64,000 bases of DNA, taken from the human T2T-CHM13v2.0 reference genome, Homo sapiens. Location: the NCBI RefSeq assembly GCF_009914755.1, contig NC_060927.1. One strand, written 5' to 3'. A model generated the notes under the pieces. The model saw only the letters and a list, made by a program, of their open reading frames with translations, made no database searches and had not been told where the DNA came from. Below are positions 1 to 14,318 of this stretch, piece after piece (within the stretch, counting starts at the first letter, position 1; each line of letters begins with the position of its first letter). Position numbers and translations under genes: made by a program.

Positions 1-569
1 GATAAAAGGAACTTGGATAGATTCTTCTCAACTCAGTTCCATCAAATGATAAATAGTAGAAATTCCCTCTATGCGTCCTAACTCCAGCAAGGTGGAAAGC
101 TATTATTTGATATAGTGTGTTTTCATTTTTTTCTTGGTCTTCATAAGATTGAGGTAAGATTTTTGCAGAGAAATTTCTGTTTTTGATAACCTTTATAGAA
201 GATGCTACCTTTTCTCAGCAGGTTCATGGAAACCTTCCTTTAGTAGAAGACAATTTGATGTTCTGGAGGGCTCGAAATAGCAGGTGATCAAAGTATCTGA
301 ATACTCCACTAGAGTGAGGAAGCTTAGAAACTCCACTTTTGTCTTTTGAAATTTGCATAGCTGCAATCTTATTGAGGGTATTACGCATGTAGTATCCCAG
401 CAGAGGCCCTGAAAACCAGGACGACGATTGCTCTTCACCACAAGATTCTAGCTGCATTTCTAACTGAGGACAAACTAAGAAGGAAGGATGCATGGCTCCT
501 GTCCTAGTGCTAAAGGGAGAGCTAACGGATATGGTAAGTCTGGGAATGGAGATAGTCTATTTTTGTTAG

Positions 570-680
570 TTCATTTGTTCAGTCTTTTATTCATCATTTG
601 ACATGTATTATTGTGCAACTATTACAAACCAGGCACTGTTCTACGTTCTGGGTGACAGTGCCATAAACAAAATAGATAAC
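570..680 (-). mobile_element. L2 3' end fragment
   Basis: ttcatt-type tail followed by ccaggcactgttcta... Confidence 0.6.
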
Positions 681-981
681 CTGCGTGGTGACTCATTCAG
701 TGGAATTTTCAAGTAGGTTATCAGGGCTTTGGGTGCACCGACTGGGAGGCATGTCTGTGCTCTGCGAGGAATTTTCTCCCGGGAGCTCCAGCAGTCAAAG
801 GCGCTACCCTACCAAATTCTAGGTAAGGTAAGTGTGTAGATTTGGCTTCCACGTAAGGAAGCAATTTGACTTGTTCATCAGCAGAACAGTCTTCCTTTTG
901 AGGTAGTAAATTCCTTGCCATTGACATGATTCAAGCTGAGGCTGTCCAGGATACAGTAGATGAAGTCTCAGAATTCACTGA

Positions 982-1105
982 CTAGAACTGTGAACTCCTC
1001 GAAGTTGGTTCTATGTCTCATTCAATTTTGTGACCGGCGCTTCACAGTGTCTGGCATATAGCAGGTTTTCATTAAGAGTTGCCAGGTAAATGAGTGGATG
1101 GATAA
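982..1105 (+). mobile_element. L2 3' end fragment
   Basis: ctagaactgtgaactcct...acagtgtctggcatatagcagg...aatgagtggatgga. Confidence 0.6.
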
Positions 1106-1246
1106 TAAAGTGGAAGAGGGGTTGCACTAGATAATCTTCCACAGTCCCTGCGACTCTGAGATTCAGTGATTTCATATTAAGTCAGTGCCCAAAAGGGCTC
1201 AAAAATAAGGCTTCTCATCCCCATCTCAAAGATTGGCAAGACTCAC

Positions 1247-1307
1247 CGTGCAACATGGCTGCATCCAGGGTTCTCCATCCACTTGCATTGGCAGCAGCTT
1301 GTTTGTC
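1247..1307 (-). CDS. DGKG: DGKG coding exon (61 nt), (R)TNKLLPMQVDGEPWMQPCCT; the final exon lies left of the window
   Basis: Acceptor gttctgggttccAG|GACA and donor ACG|GTGAGT. Contains the hallmark DGK motif PMQVDGEPW. Too short to appear in the ORF track. Confidence 0.96.
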
Positions 1308-1457
1308 CTGGAACCCAGAACACCAAGAGAACACAGTGAGCTTTTTCAAGTGGGAGAATCAAGGTTATTCCCACCAGGAAAACAGAAGTAGGAAAACCTT
1401 ATCTGCCTACCTAAGTGTGGTTCTCTAAGACTCTTTTGGAGAACTTGTTAAAAATAG

Positions 1458-1900
<443 letters not shown>

Positions 1901-2169
1901 TGAGAAATACTGCTGTGGATGAGCAGTGAAGTCCACAGAAGTCTGGGATACAGTGGCCAGTGAGCGTGGCAGCGCCACCACTGAGCAGGTGCTCCTCAAA
2001 CAGTCAGCTAGAAGGCCCAGAGTACGTGCCAAAAACTCCACTCTGAAAGGGGAACTGGCCTGGTCTCTATGTTGAGTGAGAGGTTGCATCATGTCAATGA
2101 GGTAATGTCTCCAATTTATACAACATACAGCTCAGGTCTGAGTGTGTCTTGCCTTGCAATCTATTCTAA

Positions 2170-2486
<317 letters not shown>

Positions 2487-2658
2487 CAACCTCAATCCTT
2501 TTTAAAAATCTCCTGAATAAGCACACTCTGGGGTTGCATGGACTGTGGGCCTGGCTTACCTGGGAAAGGGGGTCATCTAGGAATACTCTCCCCAGAGGAG
2601 AGGTGAAAGTGTTGCCTTCTTGCTTGAGGCAAGGCTTTTCTGACCTTGGCATATGAAT

Positions 2659-2950
2659 TTTTTAAAAAGAGACAGGGTGTCACTCTGTTTCGCAGGCTGG
2701 AGTACAGTCACATGATTATAGCTCACTGCAGCCTCGACCTCCTGGGCTCAAGCGATCCTCCTACCTCAACCTCCTGAGTAGCTAGGACTACAGGTGCACA
2801 TCACCACACCTGGCTAATTTTAAAATCTTTTGTAGAAGGGGGTCTTGCTATGTTGCCCCTACTGGTCTTGAACTCCTGGCCTCAAGCAATTTTCCCTCCT
2901 CAAGCTTCCCAAAGTGTTGGGATTACAGACGTGAGCCACCACAGCCCGCC
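2659..2950 (-). mobile_element. AluJ
   Basis: atagctcactgcagcctcgacctcctgggctcaagcgatcctcc, typical of AluJ. Confidence 0.9.
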
Positions 2951-4542
2951 ATAGGTTTTAAAAGGAGAGAGATGAAGTCTTCTGACTTCCCTCTGCAGAA
3001 GAGTTATGAATTCATAATACATTGCTTTTGGAAGAAAAGGCAGGCTCTTTTGGAGGCCTCTGGTCTGGGTGAGCAGGGAACAGTTATCACCCATTGACAT
3101 AGAAGCCCTCACCTGGGTATGGCAACTGTTCTGTTCTTGAAATTATAAAATGGGAGGGAAAAGCTATCTTCTGATGTGATGATTCTCTGATTGACCCTGA
3201 GGGTATTTAATAATAAAAACAATAAATCTACTAACAAAAACAAGAGTAAAGAGTGGCATTTTGGCTCTTGAGGCTGGGGATAGTATTCAGGAAATGGCCA
3301 GGAGGATGGGGCTCCTGGCTCACCCCCTCTGTTTCTATCTGGAAATAGAGCTACTGAATGTGAAGAAAAAGTCCTCCTCCTTATACATGGCTTTCAGATT
3401 CCTCAAGGATCAGGATGTTCTGTTCTCTGTGGTCTTCATAAGTTATGGCTTAGATGTGTTAACAGACTGGACCTCCTCAGTATTAGAGTCCTGGAGAATA
3501 GACAGGCCTCAAGAATTAATCTGGAAAACAGGGACCCCATCATGACAACAGCTCAGAAAGAAAGGAGAGCAAAGCTTTGGGGAATAGAAAAGACAGAAAA
3601 CAAAGAGGGGAAATGAAGAAAAGGGGTCAGTGGAGCAGACCTTCAGCTAAGAGACCTCAGGGAATCCGCTCTGGGGACCTTTCTGAGGAATGCAGTGTGG
3701 TGCCAAGGGCAGAGTTTCTTCCAATGTGCTCTGATGACACTTGCCCAGGAGGTTCTGGGAGAAAAGAGTTCTGTGGTCAAATACCTTTGGGAAACCCAGT
3801 ATCCTGTGGACTCCTCTCGGAGATCCCCAAGGCATGTTAATAGATTTGGTCCATAGTAATTCAGTGAAAAAGGAAAGGAATAAAGACTTCTGAAATAATC
3901 AGGTGGGAGAAGAATCTCAGACAAAATGTGATGAGCTGCATTGATTAATCAGAGGCAACTGAAATCAGAGGATCCTCTCGATTAGACTTCATCTCTTCCA
4001 GGAGCCTACAGTGGCTAACCTGTGTGGTCCATCCCCTAGAGTTGTCATCCTGTCTGTCAATTATGCCAGTTTTGCTGATGTTGATGGCTTAGCATACAAA
4101 GGTGTATAGGAAATAGTGTTTCTCAGGTCACTGTCTGAGAAGGAGTAGAGCAGAGAAGAGACATCTTTTTTTTATCAGAGTGTGCCCTCTGGCATCCCTC
4201 TGCCATCTATCTAACATTTTAATTTGCAAATATAAAAACACCAAGGAGTTGGACCTTTGGTTCTCTGGACCATTTAATCTTATACTCCTGTTTAGAGAAC
4301 TTCACCAGCTCAGTTTAACAGAACAGCAAACTGGTTGTGGTGTGTCCTCCAGTTGATGTTTTAGATGGGCGCATTATATCCTGTTTGGGAAATGGTCTAC
4401 AAAGACGTTCTTTACAAACATTATCAAGCTTTTGTGCTGCACTCTCCCTGCCCTAAAATCCAAAGATGGCTTCTCAGTTGTCTGCATGAATGTGTACGGA
4501 GGCGGGGAGATGCAGAGGCTGTTGGGTGACAAAGAGGCATAC

Positions 4543-4663
4543 CTGATGGTGACAGAGGCGCACTGGGCCAGCCTCCTGCCTGCACTCTTCAGGCCGGTGT
4601 AGATCTGCCCCATCTCCATGGCTCCTTCTAGCCCCACCACTTCAAGGAGCTGGTCACTGAGGT
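4543..4663 (-). CDS. DGKG: DGKG coding exon (121 nt), (D)[39 protein letters not shown](R)
   Basis: Acceptor tgctgtctcgctctgcAG|AC and donor CAG|GTATGC. Contains DGK motifs D..D.LLEVVG and RLAQ; phases fit both neighbouring exons. Confidence 0.97.
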
Positions 4664-6259
4664 CTGCAGAGCGAGACAGCAAAAGTAGTGCATACACATC
4701 TCTGTGTTCCTCAGACAAGTTCTGGCCAGAAAGTCTGGTCCCCAGATGGCCAATGTCTGTATCCCTTCATCTCCCACAAAACACCTTTTTCATATTCACT
4801 CTGAATAGGGTGTTTCCCCAAAGATCAATAAATGTACCTTTTCATGAGGAGATGGTCAGTTTTAGTGAAAAAAGATTTTGATTCAGACATCATATATATC
4901 CAATAAATAGGTTACCATATCAAGAAGTCTCTTCAAATGTAGAGTGACATAAATGATGAACCAGCTATTTCTGATTATTTTCAACCCCTATGCAGCTAAA
5001 GACATATTGGTTTGGAACTAGGATAGGAAGGAATGTTAATGAGGGCCATTACCCAAAGCTGGACCAAGTCTCTCTTCTCTGAATGTCTGAATAACATTTG
5101 GCCCCACTGACAATGACTGATGGTTAATTAACCTCAAATTTGGCCTGTGGTAAGCCACTGGTGAGCCAGCCTCCTTGGACGTCCTCAGGAAAACCAATGA
5201 CCTCTTTCAGGACACCAGGTGCCTAATCCAAGCCAAGGAAAAGAACATTTCACCAACATCAGAGTCTGTGAGCCCACAGTAGAAAAGGAGGGGCAGGAAG
5301 TAGGAGGCTCAGGCTCAGAGTCACTCAGGACCAGTGGTCTCCCACAGTGGGATTTGCTTCTCATTCACAACCTAGATGAGGTCCTTTTCTTCAGCATTGC
5401 TGAGGCTTGGATGGTGCCTCCCCAGTTTCTTGTGAAAGCAGTAGCAGGATTAATGTTTGATGTTGGGCTCAAAACTCACTTTTCCAGCACAACTTTCATT
5501 TATTTAAAACAGAAGCAAAATAAAACGGCAGATTTTAAAAAAGCTTTCCATTCCTTTGCCTACCAAGGCAAGAGTAGCTTTCTCATAAGTTGTGGCTAAT
5601 CACTAACATCCTCTTAATATCCACAAACTAGAAAACTGTGTCTATGTTAATGCTATTGCTTATATAACAGGTGGCTTCTGTCTTCTAAAGTGCCTCCTGG
5701 TATAGTATAACAGTGTTAAGATTGGCAAGGAGATATTTGAGTTTGTCTTTACTCTTGTTTAGAAGGCTAACTATTGTTTAAAAAACAATCTCTTGACGGA
5801 TGTATTCCTAGTGAAGACAGTTAAACAAACCATTGGGCTGACCACAAATGTGTCAACATTGCTAGTCTAAATTACTGACGATCACTAATGGACATCAGCT
5901 GCCAACAGATACACGGCTTGCATCAGTCTTTCTGTGACAGGCACATAGCTTTCCCCCTCTACATCTACTGACAATCACATTCTGCCCTAGTACTCCTTTC
6001 TTCATGTTTGTGAAAAGATACTGTCTCCTTAAACACTCCATCTCATTTGGACTTGGAATAAGAAGCCAGGAAAGGGTAATGTTTGTTTAGGAGAATGCTC
6101 CAGGCTCTCTGAAGGAGTTTGGACCTAATAAACAATGAATGTCTAAACCTCTAGTCACTTAATTAGCCTCCTTCTTACCAAAGAGGGTTGAATAACGTTG
6201 GATGGTCTAGCTCACTGTGTCATTCCAATAGTGTCTGTGAAAACAACATGGGCTATAAA

Positions 6260-6282
6260 TGTGTGTGTGTGTGTGTGTGTGT
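6260..6282. repeat. (TG)n microsatellite followed by a GA-rich tract
   Basis: Direct reading. Confidence 0.95.
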
Positions 6283-6656
6283 AAGATAAAGACAGAGAGA
6301 AGGAGGAGGGAGAGGAAAAGGGTGAGGAGGAGGAGAGAAAGGTATAGAGTATGTCTAGAGGTGAGGGGGTTTGAGGGTTGATGTTGGGATAGGAGAGAGG
6401 GGGAGAAAAGAGAAGCAGAACTTTGCAGAAGTCTCTTGAGTGGCAGAGACAGATGTCTTGGAAACTGTTGTTCTTTGTACCAGGCTTTGGTGTCTGATGG
6501 TGCTGTGATAGTCCAATGTTTTCCCTCCTTAAAACATTCCCTGGTAACAAAATGTTCTAAGAAGCAGGGGACTTAATAGACTCAAGTGTTTCAGCTTTAC
6601 AATGTCTTGGTCTTTTAACAAATTTTCCCGTTGAATGGCTTTAACTCCGAAGTTGT

Positions 6657-6709
6657 TATCACTTCCCACACATTACCTTGCAGCTATCACTTCCCACACA
6701 TTACCTTGC
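6657..6709. repeat. Direct repeat, 25 bp x2, period 28
   Basis: tatcacttcccacacattaccttgc at 6657-6681 and 6685-6709. Confidence 0.95.
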
Positions 6710-7390
6710 TTCCTGGCTCTAGAAGAGAAGTAATGAAGGCTGATCTCATCAGCATGGTGGGTGGGTGGGGGCAGGGGCTTACACAGATGTGGGACTGAGG
6801 AGATTTGTAGGGAAAGGGGCTAGGATCTTGGCATACTGTTTGCCATCCTGCCTTTGAGTTTTCCCTGGTGTAGAGAGGCTGAGATGACTACCACTGAGGC
6901 AGGACCTGGTTGCTCTTTTACTTCTCTACCATTGCCGAACTCATCTTTCCTTCTACTTCCTAGAATGCCTACAGAGGTCTTGAGGTAAAGAAATCTATGT
7001 AACATTGTTTCCCAAAGTTATAAGACCACAAGACCCTTTTCTTGTGTGTGATGCCTATAAACAACCCACCGCTTCCATTTTTTAGGAACGCATTTTGGGA
7101 AATTCTGGCATCACTTAATCCCCTTTACTTCCTCTATCACAGAGATACTCAGGTACAACTTAAATTTGGAGTTAAAATGAAAAAGAACAGAATGCAAGTC
7201 AGTGTCTAGGCACACAGAGGAATTAATGTTTAGATTGAGACATCTGGTATACCAGGTGTCTGTTTTACCTTAAGCATCAATGATTCAGGGTGTGATTTTG
7301 GCAATTCATGTCATCTCCATATTGTCTTTACACTCTTCAACTGACTAGTATTTAAGATGGAATGTGTATGCACCTTAGTAAAACAGGAAT

Positions 7391-7433
7391 TCACTCACTC
7401 ACTCACTCACTCACTCACTCACTCACTCACTCA
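7391..7433. repeat. (TCAC)10 tetranucleotide repeat at an L2 tail
   Basis: Ten perfect units, then tcattcaaca and L2 sequence. Confidence 0.95.
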
Positions 7434-7760
7434 TTCAACAGTTACTGAGTAACAACTCAGTGCCAGACACTGTCTTGTAAGAGTTGGGATGCAAAATGTT
7501 CTATTCTTGAAGGGCTCTTAGCCAAGAGGGAGAAACCAAGTTAGGTGTAGAAAATGCTGCAATTGAACTGCAGGATCAAGGAAGCCTGAGTGACTGATTC
7601 TGCTGGGGCAAAGTACAGAAGGCAGGTGTCCCAGACCTCTAAAAGAGGTCTTCAAGGATGAATGAGCGCCAAGGTAATTTTTGGGTTGAAAAGAGGAAGG
7701 AAGAAGGACATTCCAGGCACAGGGATGATCATGTGTGGGGCTGGAAAGTCACAGGATGAA
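7430..7760 (-). mobile_element. L2 fragment
   Basis: cattcaaca..ttactgag...tgccagacactgt...gaaggacattccaggcacaggga. Confidence 0.6.
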
Positions 7761-8115
7761 GAAAAAAATAATTAAGCAATAAACCTACTTGGCAATTTCA
7801 TTGGAAAATATAAAAAGTATTTTTTCCTAAGGAGAATTACTGTCCAGAGACTCTTTTTGGCCAGAGCTAGAGGAAGAGGGTCTCTGGGCCAGCATGAGCT
7901 TGTCACATCCATAGAGCTAGGACTTTCAATACTGCTCTTATTTATTCCTTGGTAGCAAAGCCTTGTACAGTGTTTTGTGTGTAGTGAACATATAATATAA
8001 GCACTCCAAGAAAAGAGGATGATAACAAATGGGAAAATAGAAAAAGGAGAATGTGGAGGCAAGGGAGGAAAAGCAAGGACAACAGTGGGGGTTCCAATCT
8101 GGCCCATCCAGTTCA

Positions 8116-9070
<955 letters not shown>

Positions 9071-9737
9071 TAAAAACATATCAACTGCTCTTCACAGTTA
9101 TAAAAATAATGCTCACATTCCCTGGTTTGATGCCCAAGGTCCAATTCCCATCTGGCAAGGGGCTGCCTCTGCAGTTTTACTTCCTGTCTTTGTGGGGCTA
9201 GATGCCTGCCGCAGACATACACAACATGTCATTCCCCAGGCAAACCCTACTGTTTCCTCCTCTGTGCTTTTACATGTACTCTACATATACTTTCTCCCAC
9301 TTTCACTTGTCTATCAAAACTCAGGTCAAGTGTCATCAACTTCCACAAGTTCAAAATGAACTTCAAACTTCTGTGCCTGCAGTTTGACTTAGATGCTCCT
9401 CCTCAAACCCTCCCAGGTAGATATAGTCAAAGAAAGAACAAGGAAGATAAGGGCATTGATGATATTGGCTGTGGGCAGGAGATGGCTGCAGTAATTACTG
9501 TGCCACAGGGTCTGGGTTGAATAGGAAAGGAGATGGACTGAATGAAAAGGGAGAAGGTGAGTAAGAGACTTAAGGAGTTCTAGAAAAAGCTGTTCTGAGA
9601 CAGTGAAAGAGAGGGTTGGGGAGAGGTGCTGTGAAAAGCACTAGCCGATGCACAAATTCCACCTGTAGTCCCAGTGGTGGGCAGCTGAAGTGGATGTTGG
9701 AGGGTGGGATTAGAGTCTAGGAGAAATGAGGCTAGGC

Positions 9738-9916
9738 CAGTGGTTCCTAAACTTTGCTGAGCGTTAGAATGACCTGGGGAGCTTTTAAAAACAACAATGC
9801 CAGGTTGCACCCTATACCAATTAAATCAGAATGTGTGAGCATAGGAGCTAGGCATCGGTCTTTGTTTTTAAAGATTTCCAGATGATGAAAAAATGAGCAC
9901 AGTTTGGGAACCACTG
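9738..9916. mobile_element. MER5B-like hAT-Charlie MITE
   Basis: TIRs cagtggttcctaaact / agtttgggaaccactg. Confidence 0.8.
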
Positions 9917-9949
9917 GGCTAAGTTATTGGGTGGATCATTCCCATTGGT

Positions 9950-10136
9950 CAGTGGTTCTCAAAGTCTGGTCCTGGACCGGCAGCCTCAGCATCACCTGGG
10001 AACTTGTTAGAAATGCAAATTCTTAGGCCACACCCCAGACCTACCCAATCAGACAGTCTGGAGTTTGGGCCCAGCAGTCTGTGTTCTGACAAGCCCTCTG
10101 GAAGATTCTGAGGCGTACTTAAGTTTGAGAACTTGG
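9950..10136. mobile_element. MER5A
   Basis: cagtggttctcaaagt...cagcatcacctgggaacttgttagaaatgcaaattct...agtttgagaac. Confidence 0.85.
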
Positions 10137-11007
10137 GCCTTAGGCAAGAAAACTGCCCAAAATATATACAGAAGTTGGAGTGAAGAAGAATGTCAACAAG
10201 TTATTTCATGACTGCTTTGATCTATTGCTATTTCAATGGAAAATTTGAAATAATAATATTGACCTCAAAGTGGGGTTATGAGATTTAAATGGCAGACCTG
10301 AATGTGAAAGTGGCTGGCACAGAGTGGGCACCCAAAATACATTAGTTTCACTTTCCTTTTTCTCCACATTCACCCGGACAACTCCCAATGGTCAGTCTAT
10401 CTACCTTCTTAGAGCTGTGTACAAGAGTCCCTAGGCCATAATATTAAGGCTAAAACCATTTTCTTAAATCTTCAATATTCCTCATAGTTTTACACTTCCT
10501 GTAAAAGTCAGAACTCCAGATGAGCTTGACACTGATGAGTAAATGCTAGCAGAACACTCTGGGAAACATCTGACATGTCCAGTCTTTCTTTGGGAACATC
10601 TGGAAGCCAAAACAAACAAACAATAAAAACAAAAAACAAAAACAATGTTCAAGTTCCTTAGCTAGGTGTGCAAACATCCCTCTGCTTGGACAACTCCTGT
10701 TTAGCCTCCTGGGATGCCCCAAGCACCATGCTAGTTCCTTCTTCTGTGCTTAGATAGTGGATCTCACCCAACAACTGTCTCTGTACATATCACTCTCTCA
10801 ACTCCATTGCGAGTTGAAGGCAGGACTGTGTTCTTGTTTTGTTTATCTTTGTATCTCTAGCAACTAGACCAGCCTTTGGCATATAAAAGGTTCTTGATAT
10901 ATGTTTGTTGAATAAACTGAATAATATAGATGCTTTAGAGCCAAAGACTTTGACAGGTTTGGCCAGAAGAAGGAAAGAGATAATAATCAATAATAATAAT
11001 AATAACT

Positions 11008-11345
11008 ATAGTTGTCTGCAGTTATCAATGGGGGATTGGTTTTAGGACCCCTGCAAATACCAAAACAGATGCTCAAGTCCCTGATATAAAATAGTGTGGA
11101 ATTTGCATATAACCAGTGCACATGCTCCTGTTACTTTAAATCATCTCTAGCTTACTTATAATACCTAACACAATGCAAATGCTCTGTAAACAGCTGTTAT
11201 GCTGTATTGTTTAAAGAATAGAGACAAGAAAAAATGTCTACATGTGTTCAGTACAGGCATAACCATCCATTTAGAAAAAAATCTTTGATCTGCTCTTGGT
11301 TGAAGCTACAAATGCAGAACCCATGAATATAGAAACCTGACTGTA
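11008..11345. mobile_element. MER2 (Tigger-derived DNA element)
   Basis: ggggattggtt..aggaccc...gatgctcaagtccctgatataaaat...tttaaatcatctctag...gcagaacccatg...gactgta. Confidence 0.8.
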
Positions 11346-11396
11346 CTTGCCCAGATTGTACTGGGTAACAGGCTTTCCATGAATTCACTCATGTAA

Positions 11397-11795
<399 letters not shown>

Positions 11796-12489
11796 TAGTG
11801 AAAATTCAATCAATCATTTAAGAGGCAGGGGAATCTCTGGGTGTCCTGATTTGGACTCGCCTTTTGCAATGCCTTTGGGAAGTGTGGGATATCCTTAGCT
11901 TAAGAGGATGCTTTGCTACCCTCAATCCCACCCCCACTCTACTTCCCCTTCCATCAGCACACCAGGGTTCAGGTCTTGGGGCTGCCATGGAGCAGCCCAG
12001 GGAATCAAACAACCCTGAATGGAGGGGCAGGGCCCCTGACTATGTATGGAGCCAACAGAATTTCTAAACCACACCACCATGGTGGCAAGGAAGCCTGCCC
12101 CATACCTTAGAGCATCTGTGTCATGTGATAAAACCTGTGGGCCCTGTCTGTTTACCTGGGTTACAGCAGCACTGGCGTGCTGAGATGTTAGGTGCTATTG
12201 TTTGGGCTGGAATCCTGTCAGTTCAGTGGGTAATGCTAGTTAGCCAATGCTCATGTTGAGCTCTTACCGGGAGGGGTATGCATCTGATTCATTAGAAATG
12301 CAAACAGGAATTTGTCACTACTTAATAAATAGCCACTGATAGAAAAACTGTAGTCACAGAGGTAAAGAAAAAAGCTGGGAAACTCTACACTAAGTTCTTG
12401 AGGATGGGACTAATATCTTAATTGCTGTGTCATTTAGGGTAGGTCATTTGTTCTCTCTGAGCCTGTTTTCACATCTTGAAAATAGGGGC

Positions 12490-12896
12490 TGTATTAGTCA
12501 GACCAGGCTTCCACAAACAAGCAGCCACAGGCTGGGGGCCTTAAACAACAGAAATGTATTTTCTCACGGTTCTGGAGGCTGGAAGTCCAAGGTCAAAGTG
12601 CCAGCAGGGTGGGTTTCCTCTGAGACCCCTCCCTTTGGCTGGCAGCTGGCTGCCCTCTGGCTGCCTCTTCACAGGGCCATTCCTCCATGCATATGGACCT
12701 TGGTGTTTCTCTGTGTTTCCAAATCTCTTCTTATAAGGACACCAGTTGGACTGGATTAGGGCCCACCCAAATAACCTCATTTTAACTTGATCACCTCATT
12801 AAGGCTCTGTCTCCAAATACAGTCACAGTCTGAGGTGCTGGGGGTTAGGGCTTCTTTGACGCACGAATTTTTGGGGGACACAATTCGGCCCATACA
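12490..12896 (-). mobile_element. MaLR solo LTR (MLT1B-like) inserted in a MIR
   Basis: tgtattagt...ttaaacaacagaaatgtattttctcacggttctggaggctggaagtccaag...cttataaggacaccagt...TG-CA ends; MIR core on both sides. Confidence 0.85.
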
Positions 12897-14281
12897 GGGA
12901 TAATCATAAACCCTACTTCACTGTGTTATTTTGAGAACAAAAGAGATAAAGAATATGAAAGTGATCTGTAAAAAGCCATGTCCCTTATCATTGTGCTACT
13001 GAGAAGCTGACAAGCGCTGGGTGTGTGTGGGAACCTCTTAACCTCCTCAGAAAGAAAAGACACAAGCCCAGCTCTGCTTACAGTGGGGCCAGATTCAGTC
13101 CCCACAGTCTAGACAGGTGAGTGGGAGCTGTCAGGCCTCTTTGCAGACTTAGCCCACTAAGGCGCCGGCAGGCATGTCCTCGGGCTCCTCTCCTGCCTCC
13201 AAATTTCCATGGAGATGGGCATGTGTCCTTGGTGGCTTGGGCACTCAAAGCCCAACAAGGCTGGGCACTGCTCAGCTCCTCTGAGCCTCCCAGTTGGACT
13301 GGTCTGCACAGATGAAACACTGCTCCTGGCGAAAGAGCTTCAAAGTGCAGCTCAAAGGCAATGTAGCCTGAAAAAAGCCTAGGGGTGGGGAAACGGAAAG
13401 AATCCCTAAAGACTGTTTCCTGATCTTCCACAGGGCAAGGGGACTGGGGTTCCCCAGGAACAAACGAGTAAAGAAGGAAAGCTCTAACTGGTCCATCTTC
13501 ATCCCCCATGTTCCTGCCTGGCCTCTCAAAGCACCAGGCCTTCAGGCATCCCAACCATAACTAAGCTGAAGAATACTCTGTGATTAATGCTTTCCCCAGA
13601 GAAACTGACCCTGTCATGAGGAGAGAGGCAGAGGGCTTATTCCTTGGTCTTCCATGAACCCAGCACAGAGAATGTACCCCTGTGACAGGTTGTGAAACAG
13701 CACGAGCTTCGGACAGAGTTGGGTCTGATCCTGTCACTTGGGAGAAGACTCTTAACTTTTCCGAGTCTGCCTTTTATCTGGAAAATGTATTAATAGATAC
13801 AATAAGTCACTGGCAGGGTTGTCTCGAAGTTTAGAAGGGATGCCCTCAAGTACCTTGTATGAATAGGATGGGATCAGAGCAGCACACAGAGGGCCCTCAA
13901 GAAACACTTGCTCTTACTGCGATTTTATGTTTCTTTAAAAAGGGATGTACTCAAGAAGTTCCGACTTTGCTACACAGTAAGTGCATGGCCTTCTGTAGAT
14001 GGTAATTAATGTAACTTAGAGAAGGTTATGGAGGAAGAGGAAGGCAATGAGAGGGAGGGAGGGGAAGGATAAGTGAAAAAAAGGAGAAGGTTGGGGGAGG
14101 ATTCTGAAAAAGAGAAAGGCAGAGAGACGGTAAAGAGCAGAGAGATTATGACCTTGAGAATTTAGGGTGACTTGCCCCTCTGGCAAGTGAAGCATCTTTA
14201 TTCCTTTTTTTTCTTTTTACTCCAAAACAGGGAGGAGCTCACCCTTTTATCTGAAAATGAACTCCCCTCCTTTCCCTGCGG

Positions 14282-14283
<2 letters not shown>

Positions 14284-14316
<33 letters not shown>
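14284..14316. repeat. (TG)n microsatellite (~16 units)
   Basis: Direct reading. Confidence 0.95.

Positions 14317-14318
<2 letters not shown>

Noticed and set aside
4374-4718. 114-aa ORF as a standalone gene
   Set aside because: Only 4543-4663 is DGK-like and bounded by splice sites. The rest is intron read-through. The same applies to ORFs 27630-27977 and 51307-51525.
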